A stretch of DNA of 64,000 nt. It comes from Geosiphon pyriformis uo1. Lineage: Eukaryota > Fungi > Glomeromycota. Below, piece after piece: positions 61,422-64,000 of this stretch. The translations under genes and the position numbers were made by a program. Location: assembly GCA_016748015.1 (NCBI GenBank), contig JAAOMT010000198.1, positions 477,380-541,379 of the forward strand, in the 5' to 3' direction. The notes below the pieces were generated by a model. That model had not been told where the DNA came from. It did no database searches and saw nothing but the letters and a program-made list of their open reading frames with translations. The first letter of the stretch is position 1, and each line of letters begins with the position of its first letter.

Positions 61422-64000
61422 TGTTATGGTTGAGACCTATACTTCTTATTAATTATCACATGTATTAGCCACTGATGTTATATGATTAGCCATACTATTT
61501 TTAGAAAGTGATCATTGACCTGATCAATGACCTGACCATTGACCTGACCATTGATCTGATCAATGACCTAATCAATAACCTGATTATTAACCTGATTATT
61601 GACCTGATCATTGACCACTTTTGATAGCTATATAAGTGATGAATCTCTTAGCTATAGAAAAGCATGTAATAACAAACATCTGAATAATCAAGAATAAATA
61701 AAATAACAACTTTCATTTCAATTCTTCTCTTATCACTAATTTCCCTTTCCCTACCTTCAAGTATCTGAACATCTTAAAAATAAAAGATTACTTGTTGGCC
61801 TTTTTCTAATGTATATAATTGTAGCATTTGAAAATTATTTGAATAAACATGACTGAAAAGCACAAGTTGATACCTGATATTGAATTCTAAGAGCGCCGAT
61901 GTGAGGCATAAAATTATACCAGTGGTGATCAATTGTTGACAGTATGGACTATTCCTCTACCTTCAGATTCCCCAGTTACCTTTAAAAAGAATAGTGACTG
62001 AGATATTTTATGAGACTGATCTCGCACATTGAATCCATACTCATTCAATTTGCTCTTTAAAGTTGAATTCCCCTTTGATTATTTCCATCACCCTACAATC
62101 CTGTTCTCCCTTGCTATCCATTAGCTTGTTACTCCAACCCGTAACATAAAAGTGATGCTCTCTGTGAGGTTGTCAAAATTCACTTATTTCCTCATTGTAT
62201 GGGTGATTATTCATACTTGCCACAGCAATCAGAAGAACACTTTGCAGCACACAACAGAAATGACCTAGAGTTTATTGAACTCAATCTTCTGCCCTCCTGC
62301 TTGATCTGTTTCTCTGTTGAAGAACAATCCAGTAGACAATTTCAAGACTTTTGGAACTGGTTCCTGAACGAGCATTCAGCTGAAACCTACACAGCTTATA
62401 CTATCTATTACTTTGATCAAGCTTATTTTGAAGACAATTTTGAAGAAAAAAATACCAGCATCAATCAGCTCTTATACTCCACAACCTTTGAACACCAGCC
62501 CCCTGATTTCGAATATCTGAATCACCAAATCCATATTTGGATTGCTGCTCACCAACTAGCTGAAAACTCCTTTGAAACAGAAGAAGAAAGTTACCAAACT
62601 GCTTCTATTTTTGATATTTTCTTAAGTGAATCAGAACACTACACAAACAGTAACTCTTGAACCAATGGCCCAAGATCCAATGCAAGCAAACATTTTGGCT
62701 GCCCTCCAAGGTATACAAACTGCCTTGGGGCGAAAAAACAACACTTCACTACCATTATTCAGAGGTGATGCACAAGATCCAATTGAATGGTTGGATGATT
62801 TTGAAAGAGCTGCTACAGCCAACCAATACGATGATGAGTACAAGTTTCAAATTGTTGGTGGCTACCTCCAAGGCTCTCCTGCTACCTGGTTCTCACAGAA
62901 AACTGATGCTAATGCCCATCAAAGAATCATTAGATGGATGCCAGCAAATGCTGGAGAAAACAACACCTCTTTCACAACCTGGTTTGAAAACAAATTCAGA
63001 ATCCCAATCTTGATATCCAAGTGGCACATGGAATTAGAAAGAAGAACTCAAGGCCCTGGTGAAATTGTAACTGAATATGCTAAAGCAATCAGAAAGTTAA
63101 TCAAGCATGTAGACTCTGGAAGAAATTAGACAGAAGAGCAAAAGATTCATTTCTTCACAAAAGGATTAAGAACCAATTTATCTTATGCTCTTTGGCCTCT
63201 CTTGGCCCTGAAAGACAATCTACAATGGACATGGCCATTGAACTTGCCCAACGAATTAAAGACAACCAAAGAATACATTTGGGATCTACACTTCCAGTTT
63301 TTGCTCCTGTTCCTGTCATGGCTCCTGCCCCTCAAATGGCTGCTGCCTCTTTTGCTGCCCAAACTCAAGATCCAAATAAACAATTAATTGATAGACTCAT
63401 AGCCAATCTTATCTGGTTATTAGAACCTTTGACACAAGCAGTTAGAGATAACCAACAACTACAAAGACCCAGATATGAACCACATTTTAATCAGCCCCAG
63501 CAACCTCCTTATCAAGACAGCAAAATCGTGGTCTTTCTGTATGTTATAGATGTGAATTAACTGGACATTTCTCAAGAGATTGCAACAATCCTCTTTTACC
63601 TCCTCCAGTCTCCAGAAATAATGACAATCAAAACAATAGACCCATCAACAATAATGCTCCCAATCAAAGACTCAACCATACCAACATCAATTTCTTTGGA
63701 GAGGATCCTCTAGTTGAAGCCACTGTTTATCAGTCTTTAAACTGGTAGGCACACCTCCAAAGGGTGAGAGTGCAAGCCAACCAGAAGAAAACCCCTTTTT
63801 CACTTTTAACTTAACTAATGATGACCATGACATGGATAAATTAACAATCAACACTTCTGAATCAACCAGAAAAAAGAAGAAAGCCAAGGTTGATTTTGTT
63901 CTAAATTCCAACAAAGCCTCAACTTCCACTGCTGATAACAATGAGCCACCAAAAGCCAAAGTTTTTAAGAACCCTCCAAAGTTGGAACCCCCAGAAATTG
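61422..64000 (+). mobile_element. Family A copy A6 (5' LTR 61422-62146, mutated PBS 62153-62169, gag 62199-63748, start of pol), runs off window
   Basis: LTR, gag ORFs 62199-62660, 62626-63129 and 63192-63560; slippery site 63736-63742; very close to A5. Confidence 0.94.

Noticed and set aside
39-63959. Numerous short antisense hydrophobic ORFs in the ORF track
   Set aside because: They are shadows of A-rich retroelement coding strands, with no independent motifs or consistent starts.

Overview
This 64 kb window is AT-rich eukaryotic DNA made almost entirely of nested, decayed retrotransposons. I found no host gene, rRNA, complete tRNA or CRISPR. The protein style suggests an early-diverging fungus (Glomeromycotina-like), which is an inference only. 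Four families can be resolved. (A) Seven copies of a ~7.5 kb Ty3/Gypsy element: ~630-750 bp LTRs (TGTTA...TAACA), 4-bp TSDs mostly of ATNN type, a PBS matching elongator (not initiator) tRNA-Met, gag joined to pol by a -1 slippery site T TTA AAC plus hairpin, and an unexplained third ORF (~218 aa) after integrase that ends inside the 3' LTR. Three full-length copies are nested inside a fourth (25081-57790), which itself sits in a fifth. (B) One partial Ty3/Gypsy element (1-8221, minus) with Cys-rich inserts and a dUTPase between protease and RT, using the same tRNA-Met PBS. (C) Two decayed LINEs (ORF1 RRM/CCHC; ORF2 APE-RT-RNaseH-zinc finger). (D) A ~2.4 kb poly(A)-tailed, TSD-flanked non-LTR element that encodes only an ORF1-like protein (two full copies plus fragments). 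The most striking unexplained signals are: split boxes inside the LTRs complementary to the whole anticodon arm of the primer tRNA-Met (partly shared with the otherwise dissimilar family B LTR); the env-position ORF3; an internal 19-nt duplicate of the PPT just before the frameshift site; and the ORF1-only retroelement. All copies carry heavy C>T/G>A decay. Four N-gaps limit interpretation.
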